Assembly: GCA_964016885.1 (NCBI GenBank)
Contig: OZ024760.1
Location: 11,718,001-11,782,000 of the forward strand
Length of the DNA stretch: 64,000 nt
Source: Eledone cirrhosa
Lineage: Eukaryota
Reading direction: 5' to 3'
Of the stretch, positions 31,233 through 43,737 are shown one piece after another (position 1 is the stretch's first letter; each line of letters opens with the position of its first letter). The notes beneath the pieces are model-generated. The model was not told the DNA's origin and did not search any database. It saw only the letters and a program-made list of their open reading frames with translations. Position numbers and translations under genes: made by a program.

Positions 31233-31504
31233 ATACACATTCTATTCGTAACTGGTACTTTCTAGAGACGGGACAAAAGTAATGTGACACCGGAACAGCT
31301 TACCATAGTGACTAACTGCCGCAGCAAAGCTTTCTGCGTCTTTAGTTTCAAACTGACACCAAAAACAAATCTCCTGGTTTCACAGTTAAATTACATCATT
31401 GTTTACACACACGTGTATATATATATATATATATATACCTCCTTATATAATATATATATATTTATAAACAACTTTAGTCTGCTATAAGCTCTTATCAAGG
31501 TCAT

Positions 31505-31588
31505 ATGCTGGACGATGTATCACCTGGAAACGTTAACAAGCATCCACAAGTGTCCCAGCATACCTCGATTTCCAAGTATCCTACTTCT
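31505..31588 (+). CDS. SLC25A38: SLC25A38 probable first coding exon ([28 protein letters not shown])
   Basis: ATG, 28 codons, donor GTGAGC at 31589 in phase 0 matching the next exon. Gives a total length close to the 304-aa human protein; the peptide itself is not conserved. Confidence 0.6.
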
Positions 31589-32181
31589 GTGAGCGAAATT
31601 CCTCTATATTTACCACTTCTGTCTGTTTTATATATACACACACACACACATGTATATGTCTGTTTTATATATACACACACACACATGTATATGTCTGTTT
31701 TATATATATACACACACACATATATATGTACATGCATATAGATATAAACACACACATATATATATACATGCATATAGATATAAACACAGACACACACATA
31801 TATATACATGCATATGGATATAAACACACATACACGTATAGATATAAACACACACACACGTATATATACATGCATATAGATATAAACACACACACACATA
31901 TATATACAGGCATATAGATATAAACACACACACACACACACACGTATATATACATGCATATAGATATAAACACACACACACGTATATATACATGCATATA
32001 GATATAAACACACACACACGTATATATACAGGCATATAGATATAAACACACACACACACGTATATATACATGCATATAAACACACACACGTATATTGTTG
32101 ATTATGATTTACACGCCACACTTTCTATCACCTTTCGTTGTTCTCTGGGTTATTTTAAAGAATTTATTATGAATGAACCTA

Positions 32182-32223
<42 letters not shown>

Positions 32224-34215
32224 AATAATATACACAATATTTAGTTACGCATTAATATATAACTTCAAAACGAAATAAAATATATTATAATCACATAAAA
32301 ATAGTATTTATGGAACCTTATAAATATTATAAAGGTTTCTAGCAATAATTAATTGATTATATATACTTCGATTAAATCTTATATATTTGTTATTTGATGA
32401 TAACAATCTATAAACAGAATGGTTTGATTTAGAGTGAATGCCAACCATTTTGGAGGGGGAGGAGGAGAAAGTCGATTAAATCAAACTCAGTGTGTTACTG
32501 GTACTTTATTTTATAAATATAATACACACAAATATACAATCAAAGCGAAAAAAGCCCTCAATTTAAATCTAAGTGCGTGAATTAGTCACACACCACAAGG
32601 GGGTTGTTGGGGTCACCCTACTAATATTAAATTAAAAATAAAACGGTATTTCTATTTATATATTAACACAGCATAAAAATTGATAATTGAAAATATAGAA
32701 AAATATTTGTACTTCCTTCTTTTAGGCAACAAGAAATGTTTTCATTCTTAATTTAATTGTACACCCCCCCCCCTCCCTCTAATCTGGGATCTAATCTGTG
32801 TTACTCAAGAAAAGTTTAATAGGATTTTTTTTACAGAAAAGCTAATAACCCCCCTCCCCCCATCTCGATGTAACCAGTAGTAATTGGTAAATATGTGGGT
32901 TGTTATGTAAGTCAGTTTGTTGTTCAACTTTTCCTAGGTTTTGGAATAACTTAACCCCTTTAGTTACCACCCCTGCCAAAACCAGCTCTGGTTCTATGAA
33001 ATAAAACCACCCATTTTGAAGGGCTACTATTTAAATTAAAATCTTCCAACATAATTTTATATAAGAATCTTATATTAAGTTAATATCTTAGTAATGAAAT
33101 AATTAATAATTTTAGTAAATCCCTCAAAATTCTTTATTAATTAGTTAAAATTGAGTTTATTTCCTTATAAAGGCAGTTATGAAAGGGTTAAACAAGTTCT
33201 CACCCTTCTAACTCTACTCTATCCCTTCTCATTTTGTGGCGCAGAATTTGGTGGGCGGGTGATGACGAAACGTAGATGCTTAGCCGAATAACTCTTAAAC
33301 AGGTCCTTGGCATAAGCTGTGATTGTGACACAACCGCGTTAAAACATATGCCATGATAGCCACAACAATAATATAAAACAACAACTTCAACAACAATAAT
33401 AACAGTAACATTGATGAGAGTTTGGTGTGTCAAGTGTGTTACCCTTAACTGAATTTTTGTGCTTTTCTTATCACCTTATCTCTCTTGTCACTTATAAACT
33501 GTTGATAACATGTTTAACCCCTTTTGGATAACAAAACCGCCTGTCTAGGAGGACAGTAGCCCCGATTATGTTCCAGTTTGGGCAGGGTTTCTATAGCCAG
33601 ATGCCTTTGCTAATACCAACCTAATTATAGAGTGTATTGGGTGTATTTTATCATTTGATATGGTTTCTAAGACTAGATGCCCTTGCTAATACCACCCACT
33701 TTACAGAGTGTACTGGGTGTATTTTATTGCGGCATCAACTCTGGAGAGGTTGTGTCCTTCACACAACCGAAGACTCCTCTCAAACCTTTGTTTTTGGCAG
33801 AGTTTCTACAGCCAAATGTCTTTGTTAATGCCAACCTCATGTACTGGATGTATTTCATCTTGGCACCAACCCAAAGTTGCCATGTCCTTTCTTTGGTATG
33901 GTTTCTAAGACTAGATGCCCTTCAAATTTTTTCTTTTTCCAAAAGTTATTCACTCTAAAATCTCTGTTCTAATATTACTCTGCATTAAGGTGGTGGGTTG
34001 GCAGAATCGGTAGAGCTTCACATAAAATGCCATTGCAGTGGTATTTGTATCAGCTCTTTACATTCTGAGTTCAAATCCTGCCATGATCAAATTTGCCTTT
34101 CATCCTTCCGGGATCAATAAAATACCAGTAAAGTACCAGTAATGCATTGCGGTTGATTTAATGAACTTTGCCTTTCCCCTCCACAGGTCTCTATCAATGT
34201 CTACCTAACATTACA

Positions 34216-34251
<36 letters not shown>

Positions 34252-37200
34252 AGGCAGCTATCATCAAATCTTTTGTAGCTGGTTCACTCAGTGGGACATG
34301 CTCAGCTTTTCTCTTCCAACCATTAGACTTAGTGAAGACCAGACTCCAGTCACCAATTAAATCTGGGTGAGTGGCTTTCTATGTCAGATGTATAGTGGTG
34401 GTGGTGGTGGTGGTGATCTTGTGGTGGTGGTGGTGGTAGTGGTGATCTTGTGGTGTTGGTGGTAGTGGTGATCTTGTGGTGGTAGTGGTGATCTTGTGGT
34501 AGTGGTGATCTTGTGGTGTTGGTGGTAGTGGTGATTTGGTGGTGGTGGTGATCTTGTGGTGTTTGTGTGGGTGAAGACCTGGCTCCAGTCACTATTTAAA
34601 TCTGGGTGAATGGCTTTCTATTTATGATGTAAACACTGTATGTGTGGTGGGGCTGATGGTGATCTTGATGGTGGTGGTGTTGGGTGTCGGGGTGATAGCT
34701 AACTTAATTTCAATTATCCTAGTTTCATTAAACCTAGTTTTACCCTCCTTACTGCTCCTTTCTCCACTTAATAAACTCTCCCAGTCTTAGCTTAATTATG
34801 TTATCTAGTTCCCCCCTACCTCCCCTCCACCACATAATAGACTCCCCTAGTCTTACTTTAAGTCTGTTATCTCTCCAGATAAAATGAAGCTACAATATTA
34901 TTTCTTGTGTAATTTCTCTAGTGAAGGTCGTCTGGGTGTTCTATCTGTGATAACCAATGTACTGAAACAAGATAATATCACTGGACTATGGAAAGGTCTG
35001 GCCCCAGTAAGTTCTCATTTCCTTTCCTTTTTTTTCTCTTTCTTTTCTTTGTTTTCTTACTTTTTGTCCTTTTCCAATGTCATTGCATCTTACCCTCTCA
35101 CTGTATGTCCTTACCCCGTCACTGTATGTCCTTACCATGTCACTGTATGTCCTTACCCCGTCACTGTATGTCCTTACCATGTCACTGTATGTCCTTACCT
35201 TGTCACTGTATGTCCTTACCCTCTCACTGTATGTCCTTACCCCGTCACTGTATGTCCTTACCCTCTCACTGTATGTCCTTACCCCGTCACTGTATGTCCT
35301 TACCATGTCACTGTATGTCCTTACCCCGTCACTGTATGTCCTTACCCTCTCACTGTATGTCCTTACCCCGTCACTGTATGTCCTTACCATGTCACTGTAT
35401 GTCCTTACCCTCTCACTGTATGTCCTTACCCCGTCACTGTATGTCCTTACCATGTCACTGTATGTCCTTACCCCGTCACTGTATGTCCTTACCATGTCAC
35501 TGTATGTCCTTACCTTGTCACTGTATGTCCTTACCCTCTCACTGTATGTCCTTACCCCGTCACTGTATGTCCTTACCATGTCACTGTATGTCCTTACCCT
35601 CTCACTGTATGTCCTTACCCCGTCACTGTATGTCCTTACCCCGTCACTGTATGTCCTTACCATGTCACTGTATGTCCTTACCCTCTCACTGTATGTCCTT
35701 ACCCCGTCACTGTATGTCCTTACCCCGTCACTGTATGTCCTTACCATGTCACTGTATGTCCTTACCCTCTCACTGTATGTCCTTACCCCGTCACTGTATG
35801 TCCTTACCTTGTCACTGTATGTCCTTACCCTGTTACAGTATGTCCTTACCCTGTCACTGTATGTCCTTACCATGTCACTGTATGTCCTTACCCTCTCACT
35901 GTATGTCCTTACCCCGTCACTGTATGTCCTTACCATGTCACTGTATGTCCTTACCATGTCACTGTATGTCCTTACCCCGTCACTGTATGTCCTTACCCTG
36001 TCACTGTATGTCCTTACCATGTCACTGTATGTCCTTACCCTGTCACTGTATGTCCTTACCCTGTCACTGTATGTCCTTACCCTGTCACTGTGTGTCCTTA
36101 CTCTGTCACTGTATGTCCTTACCCTGTCACTGTATGTCCTTACCCTGTCGCTGTGTCATTACCCTGTCACTGTGTGTCCTTACTATGTGTATGTGTCCTT
36201 ACCTCATATGTGTCTTTACCCTGTATGTGTCCTTACCCTGTATGTGTCCTTACCTCTCTCTGTGCATTTCCTTGTGTAATCAGCTTTCCCATTCTGTAAA
36301 TTGTTGGCTTTGTACCTCAATTAGACATTTTTTCATCCTTACTGGGTAAATAAAACAATAAAATAAAGCACCAGTAATGCACTGGGGTCAATTTAATCAA
36401 CTTTCTTCCTCCCCCAAAATTGTTGGCCGTGTGTCTAAATCAGAAACCATTATTATTTCAGACTATTACAAGATGTGTGCCAGGCATTGGTATCTACTTC
36501 TCCCTGGTTTATTCCTTTAAAACCCATTTGGGGTGAGTATATTACCTTCAGCATTTTACTTCATTTTTTTTTTGTTGCTGGAATTTGTTGGACTTTGGGT
36601 TGTTGTTTGACCCCAGGCCAGCCCACACTGAACTGACCCTTTTAGTCAAACATGTTCCAGCCATTACTGCCACATTCCTTCTCTCGGGCATTGTGTTGCC
36701 AGGAAAACATTATCCAACACATCGCTCTTGTTTCAGCTAACCTCTTCTCTAGCAGAGAGAGAGAGAGAGAGAGAGAGAGAAGACATGACCCTTGTTTGTC
36801 CCCAGGTCAGCCCTCACTGAACAGAGCCTATAAGCCTATTAAAATATAGAGGTTTGTATCAGACATAGAACCAGAGTCAATTTCAAGGGAATTTGTATCA
36901 AAAGGGTTGAATGAAATAGTACTACAAGCGTAGAAGTTGCATGAGCACCTTACAAGGTGGACTGGGTGTTTTTTGTCGTGGCCCCAGCATGACCACTTTA
37001 CAAGGTGGACTGGGTGCTTTTTGTCGTGGGCCCCAGCATGACCACTTTACAAGGTGGACTGGGTGCTTTTTGTCGTGGGCCCCAGCATGACCACTTTACA
37101 AGGTGGACTGGGTGCTTTTTGTCGTGGCCCCAGCATGACCACTTTACAAGGTGGACTGGGTGCTTTTTGTCGTGGGCCCCAGCATGACCACTTTACAAGG

Positions 37201-39847
37201 TGGACTGGGTGCTTTTTGTCGTGGCCCCAGCATGACCACTTTACAAGGTGGACTGGGTGCTTTTTGTCGTGGGCCCCAGCATGACCACTTTACAAGGTGG
37301 ACTGGGTGCTTTTTGTCGTGGCCCTAGCATGACCACTTTACAAGGTGGACTGGGTGATTTTTGTCGTGGCCCCAGCATGACCACTTTACAAGGTGGACTG
37401 GGTGCTTTTTGTCGTGGCCCCAGCATGACCACTTTACAAGGTGGACTGGGTGCTTTTTGTCGTGGCCCTAGCATGACCACTTTACAGAGTGGACTAGGTG
37501 CTGTTTTTCATGGAACTATCATGGCCATGTTACAGGGTGGACTGGGTGCCTTTTTTCATGGCATCAGCACTACCACTTTACAGGGTGACTGCTTGCTTTT
37601 TGTTGTGGCCCCCAACATTGTGAGGGAGGGAATTGTAGAAGTGGTGGTGAGGTTAGACTGTTTGTTATTGAAAGGGCTAAAATGCTTGTTAACATTGTTG
37701 TTGTTGTTCAAAGAAATTTGTGTATTTTGTTTGTTTGTTGCTTATTAACTGTTTGTGAAATATTTACTTATTTATTTCTATTTTATTATTTTTAACTTCA
37801 GATCTGATGTCCCTACCATTATAGAATCTCTGTCTGTGGGTGCTGCTGCCCGCACCATTACAGTCGCCATTATGCATCCATTCAGTGTCTTGAAGACAAG
37901 ATACGAGGTTAATCTTCTTTTATTATTCTTTACCGTTGGTGGATTGGCAGAATCGGTAGAGCGTCGGGCACCATGCTATACAGCGTAGAGTTACGTCCCT
38001 TTGCATTCTTGATTCAAATCCTGTCGAGGTTAGCTTTGCCTTTCATCCTTATGGGGTCGATAAAATGAAAGTACCAGTAATGCACTGGGTTGATTTAATC
38101 TACTTTCCCCTCCCCTTAAAATGCCAGAAGTCTCCACATCTAACAGAGAGTAGCCAATATGTTGACAGTTTTCCCTTTGGCCTGATGGGCAATGATCTCT
38201 CAGATAGGCCAGGACCTCATCTCACATGATTCACCAACATTAGGGAGGTTGTCATTTCTTTCACACAACTAAAGAGTCCTCTCTTGCAAGTTTTTCTATA
38301 TCTGGGTGACCTTCCTATCACCAACCACTTTACTGGGTGCATTTTACCATGACACCAGCACTAGAGGCACTATCGTGTCTTTGACACAAATAAAGGGTCC
38401 ACTCTACCCTTTGTTTAACAGGCTTTCTATGGTTGGATGACTTTCATATCACCAACCACTTTACAGAGTGTATTGGGTGCATTTTGATAGTTTCTCACTG
38501 AAAGTATCATTTGTTCTATTTTCAGAGTGGTATTTATAATTACAAAAGTATTCCAGGAGGTTTAGGGAACATTTACTATTCTGAAGGTCTGCCTGGTAAA
38601 TATATCTTTATCATTCTGCTCTATAAATCTTATATTATAAAAGAAAAGCTGTTTCTCCATCACACATATATGTAGAAGGAATGAAAAGGGGAGGAGTGAT
38701 TACATATAGGGGTTTTTTGTTGTTGTTTGCGCGAATGGCCTTCAACATATAGACATCACAACACAGACTTCAAAAACACTTTCACTATAATGACATGTTA
38801 TTATTGAGAGAGTGGATTGGCAGTATCAGTAGAGGGTCGGACGCCATGCTTTCCAGCATAGTTACGTCCCTTTACGATCTGAGTTCAAATCCCGCCGAAG
38901 TTGACTTTGCCTTTCATCCTTACGGGGTCGATAAAATAAAGTACCAGTAATGCACTGGGTAATTGCTGGCCTTGTGCCTAAAGTAGAAACAATTATTGAG
39001 AGAGAGAGAGTGTGTGAAAGAAGATGGATAGGTAGAGAGTGTTGACACCATAGTAACTAACGAGTTTTGATTGAAAATGCAGGAATTATAAGTGCAAGTC
39101 TGTCAGCACATGTGTGTGTGTGTTTCTCTATATCCTAAGGAAAACCGGGCTACAACTAGTATATCTTTATTCTACTTCTCCATAAGTATATTTTTATTCT
39201 TCTTCTCTATAAATATATCTTTATTTATTCTGATCATGTCTATCTCTGTCCTCTTTTGTCAGGTTTTTACTCTGGTTTGGTTCCCACCCTAGCTCGAGAT
39301 GTCCCGTTTTCGTCTCTTTACTTTGCAATTTACACACAAGCTAAAATTCTTCTGCCTTCTGGTAAGTGACCTCTATACAACTAATCTGACCTTTTTTTGT
39401 GAACTCCCTGCAGTGGGTTATGTCCAGCTTTTACTGAGTTGTACCACACCCAAATGTACTATGGCTTAGCTAAGTTTGTCGCCCATGCTCTCTCACAGTG
39501 GGGCCACAACAAAAAACACATAGTCCACCCTGTATTTATATTTATATATATATATATATATATATTTTTTGCTTTTGATTTTTACTTTTACTTATACCTA
39601 TTACACTTCCAACCAGTGCTGCCTGTAATTGTGTTAGTTAAATCGGAACATCGTTTTAACTCCTGACTCTCCACATGATGCCTATGACACTAATAACAAC
39701 TATGTACCCTAAATGTTCTAAATTACTAGGATTCTAGTTAGACGTTTTCGACATTCCTTATGTTCTGATGATTCCAGACTTCCCTCTGGAAGAAACAATT
39801 GTCAGCTAATAAATGTTCTAAACTAAAATTTGATCGTTTTAACACTT

Positions 39848-39883
<36 letters not shown>

Positions 39884-42800
39884 TATCTAAATATGTATAT
39901 ATATCTATATATTATATGTATTTTATGTATTATATATACATATATCACATTGGTGCTTTAGTATGGCCACAATTTAAACTGGTTTATAGCCACTACTGTA
40001 AAGATTTCCAATGTTAATTGTATAAGTTTGTGAAATATCTTCCTGTTTCTCTGCAGACATCGTCAGTGAGGCTTATCTCCCTCTTGTGCATTTCAACTGC
40101 GGTATCCTTGCTGGTCTTTTGGCGTCAATACTCACACAACCTGCAGACGTGGTGAAGACACACATGCAGCTGCACCCCAAGACTTTTCCAACCATCAAAG
40201 ATGCTGCACTCTACATCTACCAGGTGAGTGGCTGACACTTTTTGCAACAATACTTAGTGCATCATAATCAAAATTGACTGAGTTGACACGGGAGAGGCGC
40301 CCTTCTATGTGGTTACTTTACTTGCTAGAAATAACAGCTGGAGTTCCCTAAATTTACATCAACATCATCACCACAATCATCATCATACTATCATCACCAT
40401 CACCATCATCGTTATTACCGTCGTCATTTAGCGTCTGTTTTTAGAGTTGGATGAATTGTCATATTACACACATGTAGAAAGAATTACTGGACAGATTTTA
40501 GAAGCAATGTCTACTGGAAGAAGACTCAGTGGGAGACCCTCAGTAAAGATGGTTGGATAACATCCATGACCTTCGTTGGTTTTATTTGGGGATCTATCAG
40601 CTGGGTCATTTGGAGACCGGTTTGCTTCGAATAGGACCCTCTAGAAGCTGTCTGAGGACTCTGTCTCCCTAACCCTCAGTTGCTTCTGACAGGACCCTCT
40701 GGAAGGTGTGTCTGATGACTCTGCCCTCCACAGCCCTCTCAGAAATAAGTGGGTGAAGAAGAAGAGAAGAAAACATTACTTTAAACCAAGAAGTTTGTCA
40801 TCATAGAATTATGACATTTTGGGGTGAGTTGTTATTAAAAGCGTGAAAAACGATTTTGCACTCTAAAAATAAAGTTAATAACTTGAACCGTTTTGTTACC
40901 GACCCAGCCAAAACCAGTTCTGGTTCTATGAAATAAAATCACCTGTTTTAAAGGTTTCCTATTTAAATTAAAATCTTCCAATATAATTTTATATAAGAAC
41001 CTTACATTAAGTTACTATCCTAGTAACAAAATAATTAATAATTTTAGTAAATTTGTTTAACCTATACTAGCATGGAAAGTGAATGTTAAACAGTGATAAT
41101 TGTTTCTACTTTAGGCACAAGGCCAGCAATTATCCAGTTCATTACTGGTACTTTATTTTATCGACCCCGTAAGGATGAAAGGCAAAGTTAACCTCGGCGG
41201 GATTAAACAGTGATAATGATGATTAAATCTCTAACAAATTCTTCATTAATTAATTGAATACAGGGTTCCTATTCAAATTAAAATTATCTAACATAATTTT
41301 ATATAAGAACTATATAAATCCCTCAAAATTGTTCATTAACCCTTTTGATACCAACCTAGCCAAAACCAGCTCTGGTCCTATGAAAAACCCACTCATTTTA
41401 ACTAATGTGGTGATGAAAGGGTTAAAAATGGTAATTCTACATGTATGTGGGTCAGTGCTGGATTTAGGACAAATGAGGACCTGTGCTAGTTATGTTATGA
41501 GGCCCCTTACTTGGGCCCTGAAGGAGGTAAGCCTAGTAGGCCTACACAGGCAGTCATTAGGAAGATGGGACCCCCTAGCCAACTGGAGTCCCGTGCTTAA
41601 GCAAACCTAAACACAATGGTAAATCTGACACTAATGTGGGTCCAAGTGTTTCAAACAGGAAATTTTTGACTATTTTCTACTAATGTGATGTTTTTGTATT
41701 TCTGTCTTTTCCAGAAAGATGGCGTCATTGGTTTCCAGTGTGGCTTTGTTCCTCGTGCCTTACGGCGCTGTCTCATGGCCGCCATGGCTTGGACAGTTTA
41801 TGAACACGTAAGTAATATATTATTATTCCATCTGTTTATCTGTGTCAAGGGGTAAATTAACAGACGGTAACCACATCAGATAATATTGTTTATGTCTGGT
41901 AGACATGTCCAGTTTGCTTTCATGAAGAATATTCTTCAGTTGTTTAAAGTGGGCCGGGGGGAATTTAAAAAAAACCTTGCCCACCTAAAATATTTCGAAT
42001 AAAATATATAATTCTAATAATAATAATTGTTTCTACATTTGGCACAAGGCCAGCAATTACCCAGTACGTTACTGGTACTTTATTTTATCGACTCCGTAAG
42101 GATGAACGGCAAAGTTAACCTCGGCAGTTAACCTTACAGTGTGGGCTGGGTGCTTTTTTGCCGTGGCACCTCCACACGACCACTTTGCAGTGGGAGGGGA
42201 TGGGGCATATTGTCTATATGCTTCAGCTTATAATATATATAATAAATATAATCATCGTTTTTACCTCCATATATATAAGGCGCGTGGCTGAGTTGTTAGA
42301 GAATTGAATTCGTAATCGTGAGATTGTGAGTTCGGTTCTCGGACTGGGTGACGTGTTATGTCCTTGGACAAGACACTTTATTTCACGTTGCTCCTTCTAC
42401 CTGGAGTTGCAACTAATTGATAATATTAACAATTGGGAAGACCAATGGAAACATTGTTTCCTCGGTCCTATTTGATAAAAGTTGATTGACTGTCAAGATA
42501 TATATATATATATATATAATGTATAATAAACAATACAATATAATTACCTCATTACCAGAGGTTTCCCAAATAAGACGAATACAAGAAACGTCCATATATA
42601 TATATATATTTATTTATATATATATGTATTATGTGGCAAATTGAACATAATGTTTTGCTGAATTCGTGCTGTCTCTGAGGTCAACATACAGGGTGAGCTG
42701 GGTGCTTTTTATCATAACTCTGGCCCTACCACCTTACAGGGTGAGCTGGGTGCTTTTTATCATAACTCTGGCACTACCACCTTACAGGGTGAGCTAGGTG

Positions 42801-43737
42801 CTTTTTATCATAACTCTGGCACTACCACTTTACAGGGTGAGCTGGGTGCTTTTTATCATAACTCTGGCACTACCACTTTACAGGGTGAGCTAGGTGCTTT
42901 TTATCATAACTCTGGCACTACCACTTTACAGGGTGAGCTGGGTGCTTTTTATCATAACTCTGGTACTACCACCTTACAGGGTGAGCTGGATGCTTTTTAT
43001 CATAACTCTGGCACTACCACTTTACAGGGTGAGCTGGGTGCTTTTTATCATAACTCTGGTACTACCACTTTACAGGGTGAGCTGGGTGCTTTTTATCATA
43101 ACTCTGGGACTACCACCTTACATGGTTGACTAGGGGTGTTTTGTTGGGGCATCAGCTCTATTACTTTACAGATATGGGCTGAGACCATTTTCATTATGGC
43201 ACCAAGACTGAAGAGATTTGTAGCTCAGAGATCAGAGAGTCACTCCAAGTAGAGCTGCAACTTCTCCGAATTGAGAGATCACAGCTCCGATACTATGGGA
43301 ATGTGGTTAGAATGTCTCGGGGAAAGAATTGCTGGACAGATTTTACGGGCAAAACCAACAGGTAGGAGACCCAGGGGGTAGACCCTGAGCAAGATGGTTG
43401 GATAACATCCATGAACTTGGCTGGTCTCGCTTGGGGATCCAGACGGTTGCTTCGGACAGGACCCGCTAGAAGGAGAGTTTAAGGACTCTGACCCTACGGC
43501 CCTCTCAGGAATAAGTGGGGAAGATGTGATATAACATCCATGAGCTTGACTAGTCTCACTTGGGGGATGCTTGCTTCGGACAGGACCCGCTGGAAGGAGT
43601 GCTTGCGGGCTCTTCCCCCACGACCTCCCAAGAATAAGTTGGTGAAGAAGATATATTTTTTTTGTTTGATTTTAAGTCTTTTTTTTTTTTCCTTTTTTTT
43701 CTCTTAGATGATGAAGAAATTTGGTTTAGAAACTTGA
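31505..43737 (+). CDS. SLC25A38: Mitochondrial glycine transporter SLC25A38 (Hem25-like), 305 aa; join(31505..31588,34254..34366,34922..35006,36462..36532,37802..37907,38526..38595,39263..39361,40057..40223,41715..41807,43708..43737)
   Basis: 918 nt spliced with all GT-AG junctions in phase. Three carrier signature motifs ([30 protein letters not shown]). Segments recognisable from human SLC25A38: [42 protein letters not shown], terminal MMKKFGLET*. The first exon is the least certain. Confidence 0.95.
32951..33191. mobile_element. piggyBac-type MITE (related copies at about 20675-20890, 40885-41290, 41336-41425)
   Basis: TTAA|CCCCTTT ... AAAGGG|TTAA termini with a shared internal sequence. 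Confidence 0.75.
34254..34366 (+). CDS. SLC25A38: SLC25A38 exon 2 ([38 protein letters not shown])
   Basis: (TC)n polypyrimidine tract plus tacag acceptor; GTGAGT donor; carrier motif 1. Confidence 0.95.
34922..35006 (+). CDS. SLC25A38: SLC25A38 exon 3 ([28 protein letters not shown])
   Basis: tttctctag acceptor, GTAAGT donor, GLWKG motif. Confidence 0.95.
35085..36255. repeat. 21-bp minisatellite, about 55 copies, in SLC25A38 intron 3
   Basis: Unit CCTTACC(CTG/CCG/ATG/CTC/TTG)TCACTGTATGT; it explains the stop-free ORFs in several frames. Confidence 0.97.
36462..36532 (+). CDS. SLC25A38: SLC25A38 exon 4 ([24 protein letters not shown])
   Basis: tttcag acceptor, GTGAGT donor, RCVPGxGIYF motif. 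Confidence 0.93.
36946..37580. repeat. 48-49-bp minisatellite derived from the SINE-B tail
   Basis: Unit ACCACTTTACAAGGTGGACTGGGTGCTTTTTGTCGTGGCCCCAGCATG, about 12 copies. Confidence 0.92.
37802..37907 (+). CDS. SLC25A38: SLC25A38 exon 5 ([35 protein letters not shown])
   Basis: acttcag acceptor, GT donor, carrier motif 2. Confidence 0.95.
38526..38595 (+). CDS. SLC25A38: SLC25A38 exon 6 ([23 protein letters not shown])
   Basis: ttttcag acceptor, GTAAAT donor; matches the SGKYGY..IY..EG segment. Confidence 0.93.
38812..38997 (+). mobile_element. tRNA-derived SINE, family A (other copies: 4476-4665, 23910-24143, 33988-34180, 37937-38120, 52245-52620 tandem pair, 62765-62976, 52035-52205 -, plus many 3' fragments)
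   Basis: A box TGGCAGTATC(A/G)G, B box GAGTTCAAATCC, conserved body CTTTGCCTTTCATCCTTACGGGGTCGATAAAATAAAGTACCAG and an (ATT)n tail. Confidence 0.9.
39263..39361 (+). CDS. SLC25A38: SLC25A38 exon 7 ([33 protein letters not shown])
   Basis: ttttgtcag acceptor, GTAAGT donor, RDxPFS motif. Confidence 0.95.
39758..39809 (+). ncRNA. Minimal type-I hammerhead ribozyme motif in SLC25A38 intron 7 (sense strand)
   Basis: CTGATGA at 39765-71; perfect 7-bp helix II TTCCAGA/TCTGGAA; GAAAC[AATT]GTC; short helix I GTT/AGC. Confidence 0.75.
40057..40223 (+). CDS. SLC25A38: SLC25A38 exon 8 ([56 protein letters not shown])
   Basis: tctctgcag acceptor, GTGAGT donor, carrier motif 3. Confidence 0.95.
41453..41633. 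mobile_element. hAT-type MITE (related, LTR-interrupted copy at about 55567-56075)
   Basis: TIR CAGTGCTGGATTTA / TAAATCTGACACTA with an 8-bp target-site duplication ATGTGGGT (41445-52 and 41634-41). Confidence 0.8.
41715..41807 (+). CDS. SLC25A38: SLC25A38 exon 9 ([31 protein letters not shown])
   Basis: ttttccag acceptor, GTAAGT donor; near-identical to the human [18 protein letters not shown] segment. Confidence 0.96.
42688..43125. repeat. 48-bp minisatellite derived from the same SINE-B tail segment
   Basis: Unit CAGGGTGAGCTGGGTGCTTTTTATCATAACTCTGGCACTACCACTTTA, about 9 copies. Confidence 0.92.
43222..43650 (+). mobile_element. RTE-clade LINE 3' fragment in SLC25A38 intron 9
   Basis: Un-amplified copy of the [15 protein letters not shown]...[11 protein letters not shown] segment with a partly duplicated 3' end. 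Confidence 0.8.
43708..43737 (+). CDS. SLC25A38: SLC25A38 last coding exon (MMKKFGLET*)
   Basis: Long T-rich tract plus cttag acceptor; resembles human MMAKMGLKS*. Confidence 0.88.
   Translation: MMKKFGLET

Noticed and set aside
33252-33340. Box C-like GTGATGA with GCGG/CCGC ends in SLC25A38 intron 1; also TGATGA-C-GAAAC resembling a hammerhead
   Set aside because: No terminal box D (CTGA) for a C/D snoRNA, and no C3 or stem II for a hammerhead.
34884-36349. 400-470-aa repetitive ORFs (VTVCPYP, HCMSLP repeats)
   Set aside because: Produced by a stop-free 21-bp minisatellite in SLC25A38 intron 3; only 34922-35006 is a real exon.
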